A stretch of DNA of 64,000 bases from assembly GCA_963771885.1 (NCBI GenBank), contig CAVYVF010000023.1, positions 96,001 through 160,000 of the forward strand, written 5' to 3'. Below the pieces are notes generated by a model. The model saw only the letters and a program-made list of their open reading frames with translations, was not told the DNA's origin and made no database searches. The DNA comes from Candidatus Bathyarchaeota archaeon. Lineage in GTDB: Archaea > Thermoproteota > Bathyarchaeia > TCS64. The position numbers were made by a program, and so were the translations under genes. This document shows positions 30,966-41,823 of this stretch, piece after piece (the stretch's first letter is position 1; every line of letters starts with the position of its first letter).

Positions 30966-32837
30966 CTAGAGGAAGGAGATGGGGGGCAGGGAGTCCTTCC
31001 CCGTCCTCACCTTCAGCTCCTGGAGGTCCCTCTTCTGCTGGTTTAGGACTTCCCAGAAATCCTTTGGCATGTTGGGCTCGTCCCTGTAGAGTTGCTCCAT
31101 GCGCGCCACTTTTTCGAGGTACTTGGTGATGCGTATGCTGAACTGCTGGATGTACTCCGCCTCCGTGTAGTCCTTCTTGAAGACGGTCCTGAATAGCTGC
31201 TTGAGGTCTTTATAGTGTGGTATGTTGCCTATCGGCGTCTTTATGGCGTCGTAGTCTCCCTTGACGCGTCCCTCGGCCCATAGGACCCAGACCTTCTTGT
31301 CGACCTTGGTGTTTGTGTACTTGCCCTCGTGGCGGAGGAAGTAGTTAGTGGCGTAGACGCGGGGCTTGTGCCGGAGTTTCTTGCCGAACTTTATATGGTT
31401 CGTCAGGTAGGTCGCCAGCGGGACGACTATGAAGTCCATATTCGCCATAGGGTCTTGGCGGCGTACACCCGTTTTACCAATAATGGCGGTCGTCGTCTCG
31501 GACTCTAGAGTGGCGCCGAGGTAGACCCCATGCTCCCAGCTCAGCGCCTCGGCTATCGGTACGTTGGTGTCAGAATCTCTCCCACCATAAAAGATACCCT
31601 CAACCACGACGCCGTCCGGGTCATTGTACTTGGGGTCGACGTTCTCAAGCTCGCTTAGTCTCATCGTGTACCGGGCGTTGCCGTGGGCGTAGGGTATCTC
31701 ATTTCCGTCATTGTCCTTTTTACCCTTGAACCACTCCCCCGAGAAGTTCATGCCCTTCTCGGGGATGTCATTCCTACCCATACCGAGCCAGTAAGGCACG
31801 CTATCCGCGATCAGGATGTTGCTGAATATCAGCTCACGGGGAGTCGTGAGGCTCTTGTAGATGAGTGGGTCATCGACAGGGTTGACGTCCTGTATGATAC
31901 CGAAGATACCCTGCTCGATGTTGACGCCGCGGCAGTAGCCTTCCTTGTCCTCTTTCAGATACGCGATGTCGTCGCCGACTATGCTCTGCCCAGGGATCAT
32001 GGCGGTACTCGTCTTGCCGCAGGCGCTCGGGTAGGCGCCTGCGAAGTAGGTCACCCTCGATTTCCCCGGCGGGTGTACACCCATCAGAAGCATGTGTTCA
32101 CTGAGCCAGTCCTCGTGGTTCGCCTTGTAGATGGCGAGACGCAGAGCCAGCTTCTTCAGCCCAACACTGTTGCCCGCGTACTGGTTGTTGACCGAGTAGA
32201 CCTTCCCGTCGGTGACGTCGATGTAGATGCGGCGGCTCCCGTAGTTCTTCGTGACCTTCCTTTCGTCGAGCTCGCCTGCGGAGTGGATGAAGGTGAAGAA
32301 GTCCTTGCCTCCGTTGAGGCGCCTGAACTGCTCATAGCCCTGCCTGTAAAGGAGGTCTTCGCTGTGGGCGACGTAGGGGGAGTCGGTCACCTGCATGGCG
32401 CAGAGGCTAAAGCGGCTGTTCGTGGGGCCGAGACTGTAGAACTTGACTATCATCTCCTTACCCTTCATGGCGCCGTCCATGAGGCCGAGCATCTCCTTCA
32501 AACCCTCGTCCCTGGAGATTGTATTGATCTTCTTGCTCAGCACCATCCCCGGTGGCGTCAACACCTTCGTGCTCCCCGTGTCACGTGCGAGGTCATAGTA
32601 TCCGTCGAAGTGGATTGTGTGTCCCTCCATCTTGAGGGGCTTCTCCTCACCCCCCTCCATGGCGAGGTACCGGATGTATGCGACGTCCTCCGGCGACTCA
32701 TCGAGTATGATTGCCTTCGTCGGTTTACACAGCTTGACGAACCCGTCTAGCTGATCAATAACATGCTGGTTACCGAGCGCCTCGAGCTTCTCTTGGCTCG
32801 GCTTGTCCAGGACCTTAGCGAGGGTTCCCGGGATCAT
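30966..32837 (-). CDS. pckG: Phosphoenolpyruvate carboxykinase (GTP)
   Basis: YAGNSVGLKK, WLSEHM, YPSACGKT, VGDDIA, HGNARY, YGGRD. Confidence 0.95.
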   Translation of the reverse strand: MIPGTLAKVLDKPSQEKLEALGNQHVIDQLDGFVKLCKPTKAIILDESPEDVAYIRYLAMEGGEEKPLKMEGHTIHFDGYYDLARDTGSTKVLTPPGMVLSKKINTISRDEGLKEMLGLMDGAMKGKEMIVKFYSLGPTNSRFSLCAMQVTDSPYVAHSEDLLYRQGYEQFRRLNGGKDFFTFIHSAGELDERKVTKNYGSRRIYIDVTDGKVYSVNNQYAGNSVGLKKLALRLAIYKANHEDWLSEHMLLMGVHPPGKSRVTYFAGAYPSACGKTSTAMIPGQSIVGDDIAYLKEDKEGYCRGVNIEQGIFGIIQDVNPVDDPLIYKSLTTPRELIFSNILIADSVPYWLGMGRNDIPEKGMNFSGEWFKGKKDNDGNEIPYAHGNARYTMRLSELENVDPKYNDPDGVVVEGIFYGGRDSDTNVPIAEALSWEHGVYLGATLESETTTAIIGKTGVRRQDPMANMDFIVVPLATYLTNHIKFGKKLRHKPRVYATNYFLRHEGKYTNTKVDKKVWVLWAEGRVKGDYDAIKTPIGNIPHYKDLKQLFRTVFKKDYTEAEYIQQFSIRITKYLEKVARMEQLYRDEPNMPKDFWEVLNQQKRDLQELKVRTGKDSLPPISFL

Positions 32838-32992
32838 TAACCATCAAGAGAGGTTCCCCCATCTATTGTTAAGTTTAGTGGTTGATGCGACGATAAGGCG
32901 AAAAGATGCATATGGGACACGACTTGAATTTTGATCGGAACCTCTATCAAGGGCGGACTACCTTCTCCCATAACTCTCCGGTGTCCGCCAGT

Positions 32993-33872
32993 ATGAAACT
33001 ACCCGACCTTGGCTTCTTCGCGGACGCCAGATCGTATTTCGATAACGTCAGGATACAGGACTGGGGAGGCTATATTGGGATGGCGATCCTCGGCTACCTG
33101 CAGGGTATCGAGACGGTGCCGACGTACGGTGAATGGCTACCTGAGGATGGCAATCTACCTCCTCTCAGTCGTCTTCTACCTCGGATTCAGCTTCTCGGTC
33201 AACAACTGCTTCGACCACGAAGGGGACAAACTTGGCGCCAAGCTCAGCCTGAATCCCATCGCCTCCGGGAGGATAACCGTCAGCGGCGGCATCATCTTCT
33301 CCATACTACTAGCGGGGACTGGCCTAGTCTTCACCTGGTTCTTCCTCGGAGCTGCGTCCTCAATACTATACTTAGGAATGCTACTACTCAGCGCCTCGTA
33401 CTCGACGCCCCCCTTTAGGCTCAAGTCTGTGCCCGTGCTCGACATGGCGTCCCACGGCCTCTTCTTCGGCTCGCTCATAGTGTTCTTTGGCGTGACCGTA
33501 ACCGGTGTGACGAATGCGTTCACGCTCCCACTGCTGCTCAGTGTCTATAATCTCTCACTAATACTGGAACTCCGGAACCAGATTGACGACATCGGAGAGG
33601 ACTCAGCGACGGGCGTCTCCACGACGGCGATCCTGATCGGTGGCAAGAATGCGGACAACCTATTCTATGGGCTCATCGCCCTCCACATGGCAGTGCTAAC
33701 ATACATAGTGACACTCCTCGGCAACCTCGCCCTCACGGGACTTGCTATATTCTTCTTCACCGGACTAGCCATCTACTTCTACAGGATGCCTAATAGGGAC
33801 AAGTTCCTACTCATAATAGAGCGTGTGACGCCGCTCGTCTACGCCCTCTTCATCCTACGCCTAATAATCTAG
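32993..33872 (+). CDS. UbiA-family prenyltransferase; apparent indel near 33140
   Basis: NNCFDHEGD, NPIASG, YSTPPFRLK, NQIDDIGED; multiple TM segments. Confidence 0.85.
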
Positions 33873-34015
33873 GAGTGGGACATCTCATCCATATCGATGG
33901 CAGCGACCGGGAGCTGCCTCTTCTCGTAGGGCAGGAAGTCAAAGAAGGCTATCATGCCCACAATTATGATGGTCGCGACCACGATTATCAGTGGATCAAG
34001 ATAGATCTCGGCCAT
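33869..34015 (-). CDS. Unannotated 48-aa single-TM protein MAEIYLDPLIIVVATIIIVGMIAFFDFLPYEKRQLPVAAIDMDEMSHS
   Basis: ATG at 34015, stop shares CTAG with the UbiA stop, one clear hydrophobic helix. Confidence 0.55.
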   Translation of the reverse strand: MAEIYLDPLIIVVATIIIVGMIAFFDFLPYEKRQLPVAAIDMDEMSHS

Positions 34016-34106
34016 GCAAGGAAAATACTGTAAATACTATTTAGCATTTGGGAAGTGTCCTCAGCAACAGTTTAAGGCTCATGGCGCCCCTCATTCTGCG
34101 ATAGTC

Positions 34107-35088
34107 ATGAGCGATAATGGTGTTCTATCCCGGTTCTGGCTCTGGGAGCTGACGAGGCCTGCCTTCGAGGACTGGCTCGCCAACGATCCGGCGCCGACGG
34201 TCGTCATCGGTATCGGCGCGATCGAGCAACATGCCGTCCACCTCCCACTCGGCTGCGACAGCATTGGTGTCGCCAAGTTCATCCACGACGTGGCTGAGAA
34301 GACGAACAGCGTCTGCCTCCACCCAACGTGGGCAGGGTACAGCCCCCACCACATGGAGTTCGCGGGCACCGTCACATACAGCCACGAGACACTCCTCAAC
34401 ATTCTCCTCGACACTCTGCGCAGCCTCAGCTACCACGGCGTCAAGCGCTTCGTACTCATCAACTACCACGGCGGCAACGAGAACATCATGAATCTTGCCG
34501 CCCAGATCGCCAAGCGCGAGTTACCGCGTCATGGTCGCCACCCCCCACGGCCCCAACAACACCGAGCTATCCAAGAAGATCAAGGAGAGGATGCAGCGCT
34601 ACCTAGAGGTCCACAGCTGTGCACGCGAAACGAGCTACGCCCTCCACTACTTTCCCGAGTTGGTTGAGATGTGGCGCCTGGAGGGCTGGGAGAACCCCAC
34701 ACTTATCCCCGACTACCTTCAGGAGTTCATGAACCCAGACAGGAAGGACTACGAGATAGTCAGTCAGCTCTTCAACACGATGATAGGTCCGGACACACAC
34801 GACGTTACTACGACGGGGCAGTACAGCCTCAATGATCCCCGCGCTGCGACTGTCGAGGAGGGCGATGCGATGGCGAAGGAGGCGACCGACTTCCTCGTCG
34901 AGTTCATAAACACGTGGAAGAAGTTGCCGACGCCTCCAGCATTCAAGGACGCCTGCGGTTGCGGTGATCCCAACTGCCACGAGGAGCATGGCGACGATTG
35001 CGGGTGTGGCGGCGAGGGGCCTTGCCACGACCACGAGGACTCCGAGGAGGGGGACGACCATGGACACCAGTCATGCTTGAGGAGCTAA
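34107..35088 (+). CDS. Creatininase-family amidohydrolase with Cys/His/acidic C-terminal tail; apparent indel near 34523
   Basis: GAIEQHAVHLPLGCD, GYSPHH, NYHGGN, HSCARETS. Confidence 0.85.
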
Positions 35089-35801
35089 CCTGGCCTCTTG
35101 TCGAGAAAGCGCTTAAAGACGGGTATAAAACCATCCTAGTTCCGGTCGGTTCGATCGAGCAGCATGGGCACCACCTACCTCTAGCCACGGACAGCCTGCT
35201 GGGAGAGGCACTCTCCAAGAGGCTTGCCGAGAAAATGGGGAAGACTCTCGTCTCTCCTGTGTTGCGCCCCGGCTGTAGCTCCACCATCTAGCCTTTCCCG
35301 GTAGCCTTAGCGTCGAACCAGCTACCCTGATGGCGATGATTCGTGATGTCTGTCTTCAGCCTCGACCACCACGGTTTCGAGAACATCATCCTCATCCCGA
35401 GCCACGGAGGCAACTTCGCCCCCGTCGCCACGGTGACGCAGGAGATCGCCCCGAAGCTCAAGGCGAACCTCGTCGCGATGGGAGACCTCATGGGCCTCAT
35501 CGGTAAGATGCAGGAGGCGGCCGCCGAAAAGGGAATACCTCGCGAGGCCGTCGGCGGACACGCATGCGCCGGCGAGACGAGCGTACTCCTCGCTTACCGC
35601 CCCGACCTCGTCCGGATGAAGGACGCGAAGACTGGGTACATTGGCCCCTTCACCAGCAAGTACCAAAGGAAGGGCTTCCGCGCCGTCACACCAACAGGTG
35701 TCATGGGTGACCCCCGCCCAGCCACGAAAGAGGCGGGCGAACTAATGATAGAGAAGATCACCGACATGTACCTCGCCGCTATAAGGCGCGAGTTAGCCTA
35801 G
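35073..35801 (+). CDS. Second creatininase-family protein; apparent indels near 35281 and 35353
   Basis: LEELTW, PVGSIEQHGHHLPLATD, SHGGN, GHACAGETS, TGVMGDP. Confidence 0.85.
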
Positions 35802-35843
35802 AAATCCATCAGAAGGATAAGTCTCTAGGCCGCGGATAAACAC

Positions 35844-37119
35844 CTAGAGGTTAGACTCGGTCTTCTTCGACTTCGCCGGGGTTATTACTTTCTGCTCCTG
35901 CTTCTCAAGCTCAGTACTGTCCATCTGGTGCTTGAGGTTCCAAGCCGTGACGCTCGGCAGGCCCCAGAGGGCGATAAATCCCAGCGCGTCGCCTTGGTCG
36001 TACTTCGTGTTGATATCGAAGCTCGTCAGGTTGTAGTCGTAAAGGCTGAACTCGCTGTTCCGCTTCACAGGCTTCGCCGAGCCCTTGTGTAGTTTCATCG
36101 TCACCCAGCCAGTCACCTTCTCCTGCGAGCTGTTGATGAAGGCCTCAAGGTCCTGCTTGAGCGGGTCCACCCAGAGTCCTTGGTAGGCGAGGACGGTCCA
36201 CTTGTGGTCGATCTCCCTCTTCATCAGCATTTGGTGGATGGTGAGGACCATCTTCTCAAGGTCCTTGTGGGCAGTGAGGATGATCTCGGCGGCGGGGCAC
36301 TCGTAGGTCTCCCTGCTCTTGAGGCCGACGGTTCGGTCCTCCATGTGCTCGATGCGCCCGATGCCATGGATACCGCCCTTCTCGTTGAGCTTCTGCGCGA
36401 TGCTGACGAGGTCCATCTCGACTGCGTCGATACTAACGGGGACGCCCTTCTCGAAGCCGATGGTGACGAACTCGGGCTCATCAGGGGTCTTCTGTATCTC
36501 CTTCGTCCACTCCCAGACCTCCTTGGGCACCATCTTGTCGGGGTACTCGAGTACGCCGCCCTCGATGCTGCGACCCCAGATGTTCTGGTCGACACTGTAG
36601 GGGGAGTCGATTGTAACGGGGACGGGGATGTTGTGCTCCTTGGCGTAGACGATCTCGCCGTGGCGGTCGAACTTCCACTCGCGCACAGGGGCGATGATCT
36701 TCAGTCTTGGGGCTCAGGGCCTTGATGGTGATATCGAACCGGATCTGGTCATTGCCCTTGCCCGTGCAGCCGTGTGCGACGGCATATGCGTCTTCCATCT
36801 CAGCGACCTCAACCATCTTCTTCGCGATTAGTGGTCGGCTGAGGCTGCTGCTGATCGGGTAGCTGTCCATGTAGAGGGCGTTCGCCTTGATTGCGGGGGC
36901 AACATACTCCTGTGCGAACTCCTTCTTGCAGTCCATAGTGTAGGTGTTTACCGCTCCGAGGGTCTTCGCCTTCTCCTCGATTTTCTTCAGGTTGTCGCCC
37001 TGCCCCACGTCGATTGTGAGTGTGACAACGTCGCTTTTGTACTGCTCCTGAAGCCACTTGACCATGACCGATGTGTCGAGTCCGCCGCTGTAAGCGAGCA
37101 CTATCTTCTTCTTTGCCAT
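35844..37119 (-). CDS. argG: Argininosuccinate synthase; apparent indel near 36710
   Basis: LAYSGGLDTS, HGCTGKGNDQIRF, SVDQNIWGRS, GLKSRETYE. Confidence 0.95.
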
Positions 37120-37225
37120 TGTGGTTCCCCTGTTTCGATGCTCGAATGGGTAGGGGGGCGCCATTTATAGGTTATGACATACACGCATTAAATGAGTATA
37201 CTATTGTCCCATTTGGGACAGATTA

Positions 37226-37666
37226 CTAGTCCTTCTTCTCCGACTCGGTCGCTGGTTTCTCCTCAGGTTTCTTTGCGAGAATCCTTGCCCTCTCGGTCTT
37301 GGACCTGTAGAACATCGCACCGATTATCCCACCGATGAGCAGGCTGACCGCGGCGTAGATGTCCGTAGCGGCCCCCTCAAAGACGATATTGTAGATGAAC
37401 TCGAAGATGTACGCCATGATCGCCGTCACGGTGCCCACCTGAATGAAGTCGGCTTTACGAACCCTTGCTACGAGGAAGCCACCTGCGAAGCCCCCGGCTA
37501 GATGGGCGGCGAGGTAGATGTTAATTATGAGGCTGTATAGCTCGCTGCCGATGTCGACGGTCGCGCCACCGAATACCAGTTGCAGTATCTGTGAGGTCAG
37601 CAGCACTATGCCGAACGCGAGCGCCGCGCCGGCGAGGTAGTTCCTGAAGTCGCGCTCACTTTTCAA
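37226..37666 (-). CDS. Hypothetical 4-TM membrane protein
   Basis: Four hydrophobic segments with GxxxG motifs and a charged tail. Confidence 0.7.
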   Translation of the reverse strand: MKSERDFRNYLAGAALAFGIVLLTSQILQLVFGGATVDIGSELYSLIINIYLAAHLAGGFAGGFLVARVRKADFIQVGTVTAIMAYIFEFIYNIVFEGAATDIYAAVSLLIGGIIGAMFYRSKTERARILAKKPEEKPATESEKKD

Positions 37667-37764
37667 GTGGAATCAACTCAATTGGGACTCAACGCATATT
37701 TAACCCCCCTCGATGCCCGGCGTCAAGTTCTTATCCCTATGCCCTCATGTGGTTCTGACACATC

Positions 37765-38163
37765 TTGACAGCTCCGGAGAGGACGCCGAAGCTATTCGAC
37801 TACTTCGCAGGCGCCATTCTTACTAACGGCCTCGCTACTGCCGCCATCTACCTCGCCGCGTGGGAGATTCTCTTCCAGTACCTCCTAATACCACTCATCC
37901 TCCTCGCTGCTGCAGTGGCGACTTATCTCGTCTGCATGAGGACTACAAAGAACCACCTTGTGACAGGTGGTAAGACGGCGATCCTCTCCATCCTTCTCGG
38001 CTTCGTGATGGTGCCGACGATGCAGAGCCTTGAGCTCGCCAGCCTAATACTCATTCTAGTCTGCTACATTGTGGGAAGCATAGGCGGAGCCTATTGGGCT
38101 CTCAGGGAGCAGCTCAAGAGAAAAAAGAAGGCGGCGGTATCGACGCCTGCGGTTGAGCCTTAA
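37765..38163 (+). CDS. Hypothetical 4-TM membrane protein
   Basis: Hydrophobic segments and basic tail; similar layout to the divergent neighbour. Confidence 0.7.
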   Translation: MTAPERTPKLFDYFAGAILTNGLATAAIYLAAWEILFQYLLIPLILLAAAVATYLVCMRTTKNHLVTGGKTAILSILLGFVMVPTMQSLELASLILILVCYIVGSIGGAYWALREQLKRKKKAAVSTPAVEP

Positions 38164-38204
38164 CCTTAAATCACCTCCAAGTCCGATTAAACGTGGCATA
38201 GGGC

Positions 38205-38624
38205 TTGTACTACGACGTCGAGATCACGCCAGAGACCGAGAATGAGTACATCGAGAAGGTCGCTCAGAAGATACACGAGTATGAGATGGAGACCGCGGCG
38301 ATACTCCTGCTCGAGAGCAGCAAGCCCCTCGTCTGGGTCGGCGGCGAGATGGGCCGATTCTTCATCACTCCCTTCGTCCCGATCGTCAGCGATAAGTGGG
38401 GTGTGACTAGTGAGAAGTTCTTCCTCGTCTTTGAGAAGAGGGAGAACATCGAGAGGCTTCTGAAGAGACTTGAGGAGCTCGCTCAGCAGGACGAGGATAA
38501 GAAGAGAATGGAGAAGGAGGAGAGGAAAGCGGCGGAGAAGGCTAAGAGAGACGCTGAGGCCGTAGCTGCTGGTGAGAAGCCCGCCGAGGAGAAGAAGGGT
38601 TGGCGAAAACGCCTCCCATTTTAA
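38205..38624 (+). CDS. Hypothetical protein
   Basis: Host-like codons; AILLLESSKPL and LVFEKRENIERL look like conserved blocks; charged coiled tail. Confidence 0.7.
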   Translation: MYYDVEITPETENEYIEKVAQKIHEYEMETAAILLLESSKPLVWVGGEMGRFFITPFVPIVSDKWGVTSEKFFLVFEKRENIERLLKRLEELAQQDEDKKRMEKEERKAAEKAKRDAEAVAAGEKPAEEKKGWRKRLPF

Positions 38625-38700
38625 CCCCAATTATTAAGGGATCCTAACTCATTTTCAGAAACCTTTAATGGGGGAGGTCTTTAAACAATTCAGATTCGCG

Positions 38701-40540
38701 ATGCCTGCCCTCAATAAACCAATCGAGGATATGCAGTACATTCTCGCGACTGACGTAGGAAGCACAACAACGAAGGCGAGATTCTTCCACAAGAAGGACG
38801 GCGTCTGGCGCTTCTACGTAGCCGGCGAGGCCCCCACGACGGTCGAGGCGCCCTACGAGGACGTCACACTCGGAGTACAGAACGCGGTCCGCGAGATCGA
38901 GGAACTCACTGGACATAAGCTTCTGAGTCCCGACGGCAAGGGTCTGATACTCCCCTACGATGGGAAGCAGGGCGTGGACCTATACTGTACAACCAGCAGC
39001 GCGGGCGGCGGCCTGCAGATGATGGTCGCTGGCCTCATCAAGAACATGACCGCTGAGTCCGCGAACAGGGCGGCTCTCGGCGCAGGAGCCATCGTCATGG
39101 ACGTCATCGCCCGAGACGATGGCAGACAGCCATACGTAAAGATACAGCGCATAAGGAACCTGCGCCCCGACATGATCCTACTCGCGGGTGGGACCGACGG
39201 AGGCGCGGGCCAGCACGTCATGGAGATCGCGGAGCTCATCAAGGCAGCTGAGCCCAAGGCGCGCCTAGGCGCCAGCTACAACCTCCCAATCGTCTACGCC
39301 GGAAACAAGTCCATCCGTAAGGATATCGAGGCGCTGATGAAAGGCTGCATTCGCCCTAGACATCGTCGACAACATCAGGCCGACGCTTGAGGTCGAGAAC
39401 ACAGAGCCGGCTCGTCGCGCGGTACACGAGCTCTTCATGGAGCACGTCATGAGCCACGCCCCTGGGTACAACAACCTCATGAAGTGGACTGACATCCCGA
39501 TCATGCCCACGCCAGCCGGTGAGGGCATGGCGATGCAACTCATCGCTGACACCTTCAAGATGAACGTCCTCGGCGTCGGACTCGGCGGGGCTACGACGAA
39601 CGTCTATAGCGTAGTTGAGGGGCGCTTCGTACGTAGCGTCTCCGCCAACTTGGGTATGAGCTACAGCGTTACCAATGTCATGAAGGAGGCAGGCATCCCC
39701 AACATCATGAGGTGGATTCCCTTCAAAATCGAGGAAGAGGAAGTCGCCAGCCGCCTGATGAACAAGATGATCAGGCCCACCACCATCCCCCAGACTCTAG
39801 AGGATCTCATGGTCGAGCATGCCGTTGCGCGTGAGGCGCTTAGGCTTGGACTTCAGCACCACCGCACCATCGCCACACGACTCAAGGGCGTACAAACGCA
39901 GCGCACCATCAGTGACATGTTCGAGCAGGCCATCGAGGACAGCTACGTACAGATGATGAACATCGACGTCATCGCCGGAACCGGCGGGCTTCTCAGCCAC
40001 GCCCCACGCCGCGTGCAGCCGATGTACATTCTCAGCGACGCTTGGCTCCCAGAGGGAGTCACGAGGATGTTCCAGGACAGCGTATTCATGATGCCCCACC
40101 TCGGAGTCACGAGCACTGTGGCACGCGACGCGGCTTGGAGCGTCTTCGACAAGGACTGCCTACTAAGGATCGGTACAAGTATCGCCGCAGCGGGCACCGG
40201 GAAGCTGGGCGACCCCTGCATGACCGTCGAGATCACGATGCCCGACGGCTCCATGGTTAAAGAGGACATGAAGTTCGGCGACATCAAGCTCGTCCCGCTG
40301 GATGAGGGCAAAGAGGCGAAGGCTGTCATTACACCCGCCAAGGCTTTCGACCTGGGCATGGGGCCAGGCAAGGCGAAGGAGGCGACCGTCATCGGAGGCA
40401 TCGCTGGCCTTCTGCTCGACGCACGCGGGCGCCCACTCTATCTGCCCGAGGAGGATGCCGCGAGGAGGGACCTCCTCTACAAGTGGTTCTCCACGCTCAA
40501 GCTGTACCCTGAGGACCCCCTCAAGGAGCTGGTGAAGTAA
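38701..40540 (+). CDS. GlmL/MutL (glutamate mutase L)-like ASKHA ATPase; apparent indel near 39345
   Basis: TDVGSTTTK, TSSAGGGLQM, ANRAALGAG, LAGGTDGG, GLGGATTN, RSVSANLGMSYS, GTGGLLSHAP. Confidence 0.85.
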
Positions 40541-40541
40541 A

Positions 40542-41723
40542 ATGACGACGAACAAGCACGAAGCCCCAAAGAACTCGAAGAAGAAGGACGATAAGGAGAG
40601 TGGGGAGGCACATGCCTACACGCCTGGCCTCAAGGTCAAGCGCGCCATCACGGTCGAGAAGCTCCGCAGGCTCCCAATCCCAGGAGAGGTCTTGCACAAG
40701 GTCGGGGACAAGGTCAACTACGACGCCAAGGTCGCGAGAACCGAGATCAGCGGTGAGCCCGAGATCGTAAAAGTTGCCATGGTCCTCGGCGTTGAGGCTG
40801 AGGACATGGCCAGATTCATGCTGAAGAAGGTCGGCGACAAGGTGAAGCAGGGTGAGAGCATCGCCTTCTACAGCGCCCTGTTCGGCCTCATCAAGAAGGA
40901 TGTCCCGAGCCCGAGGGACGGCACAATCGAGTCGGCCTCAGAGGTCACTGGACAGGTGATCGTCAGGGGCTCCCCGATACCCATCGAGGTGGATGCCTAC
41001 CTCCCTGGCACGATCGTCACTGTAGTTCCTCGGGAGGGCGTAGTTGTGCAGACGCACGGCGCCTTCATACAGGGCATCTTCGGCATCGGCGGCGAGGTAC
41101 ACGGCGAGATTAAGACCATCACCGCCAACAACGAGGAGATGGTGACGCCTGAGAAGATCACGCCAGACTGCAAGGGCAAGGTACTCATCGGCGGCTCGCT
41201 CATCACCCTTGAGGCGATGAGGAAGGCTGCCGAGGTCGGAGCATCTGCCCTTGTTGTCGGAGGCGTGCGCCACCAGGACTTGACTACCTTCACAGGGCAG
41301 GAGATTGGAGTCGCCATCACGGGGCAAGAGGAGGTCGGCTTCACCCTCATCATCACCGAAGGATTCGGCAAGATGAACATGAGTGCAACCACCTTCAAGC
41401 TTCTGAAGAGCTTCGAGGGCTACCTCGCCTGCGTAAACGGCGCAACCCAGATCAGGGCCGGCGTACTGAGGCCAGAGATCATCATCCCCCACGAGGAGAA
41501 GTTGGAGGAGAAGGGCGATGCGTTCGCGATGGGAATGGTCCCTGGGACGCCGGTCAGGATCATCCGTCAACCCTACTTTGGCGCAATCGGCGTCGTGGAC
41601 ACGCTCCCAGTCGAGCTCCAGGCTATGGAATCGGAGAGCATGGTACGTGTACTCACTGTGAAGCTAGCCGATGGCAGGACCGCGACGGTGCCCAGGGCAA
41701 ACGTCGAGATCATCGAGGAGTAA
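40542..41723 (+). CDS. Uncharacterised protein coupled to the GlmL-like gene (barrel-sandwich repeats, KOW-like C-terminus)
   Basis: Starts 1 nt after the upstream stop; KVGDKV twice, IQGIFGIGGE, TQIRAGVLRPE, VRIIRQPYFG, VPRANVE. Confidence 0.8.
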   Translation: MTTNKHEAPKNSKKKDDKESGEAHAYTPGLKVKRAITVEKLRRLPIPGEVLHKVGDKVNYDAKVARTEISGEPEIVKVAMVLGVEAEDMARFMLKKVGDKVKQGESIAFYSALFGLIKKDVPSPRDGTIESASEVTGQVIVRGSPIPIEVDAYLPGTIVTVVPREGVVVQTHGAFIQGIFGIGGEVHGEIKTITANNEEMVTPEKITPDCKGKVLIGGSLITLEAMRKAAEVGASALVVGGVRHQDLTTFTGQEIGVAITGQEEVGFTLIITEGFGKMNMSATTFKLLKSFEGYLACVNGATQIRAGVLRPEIIIPHEEKLEEKGDAFAMGMVPGTPVRIIRQPYFGAIGVVDTLPVELQAMESESMVRVLTVKLADGRTATVPRANVEIIEE

Positions 41724-41823
41724 AAGTCTCCCCGATCCTTCTTTCTGATCAGGCTACTTTTTTCGGTTGTTTCTAGCTCCTCCCTCTTTAAATTCACCCG
41801 CGCACGAGGATCAAACGATCCAG

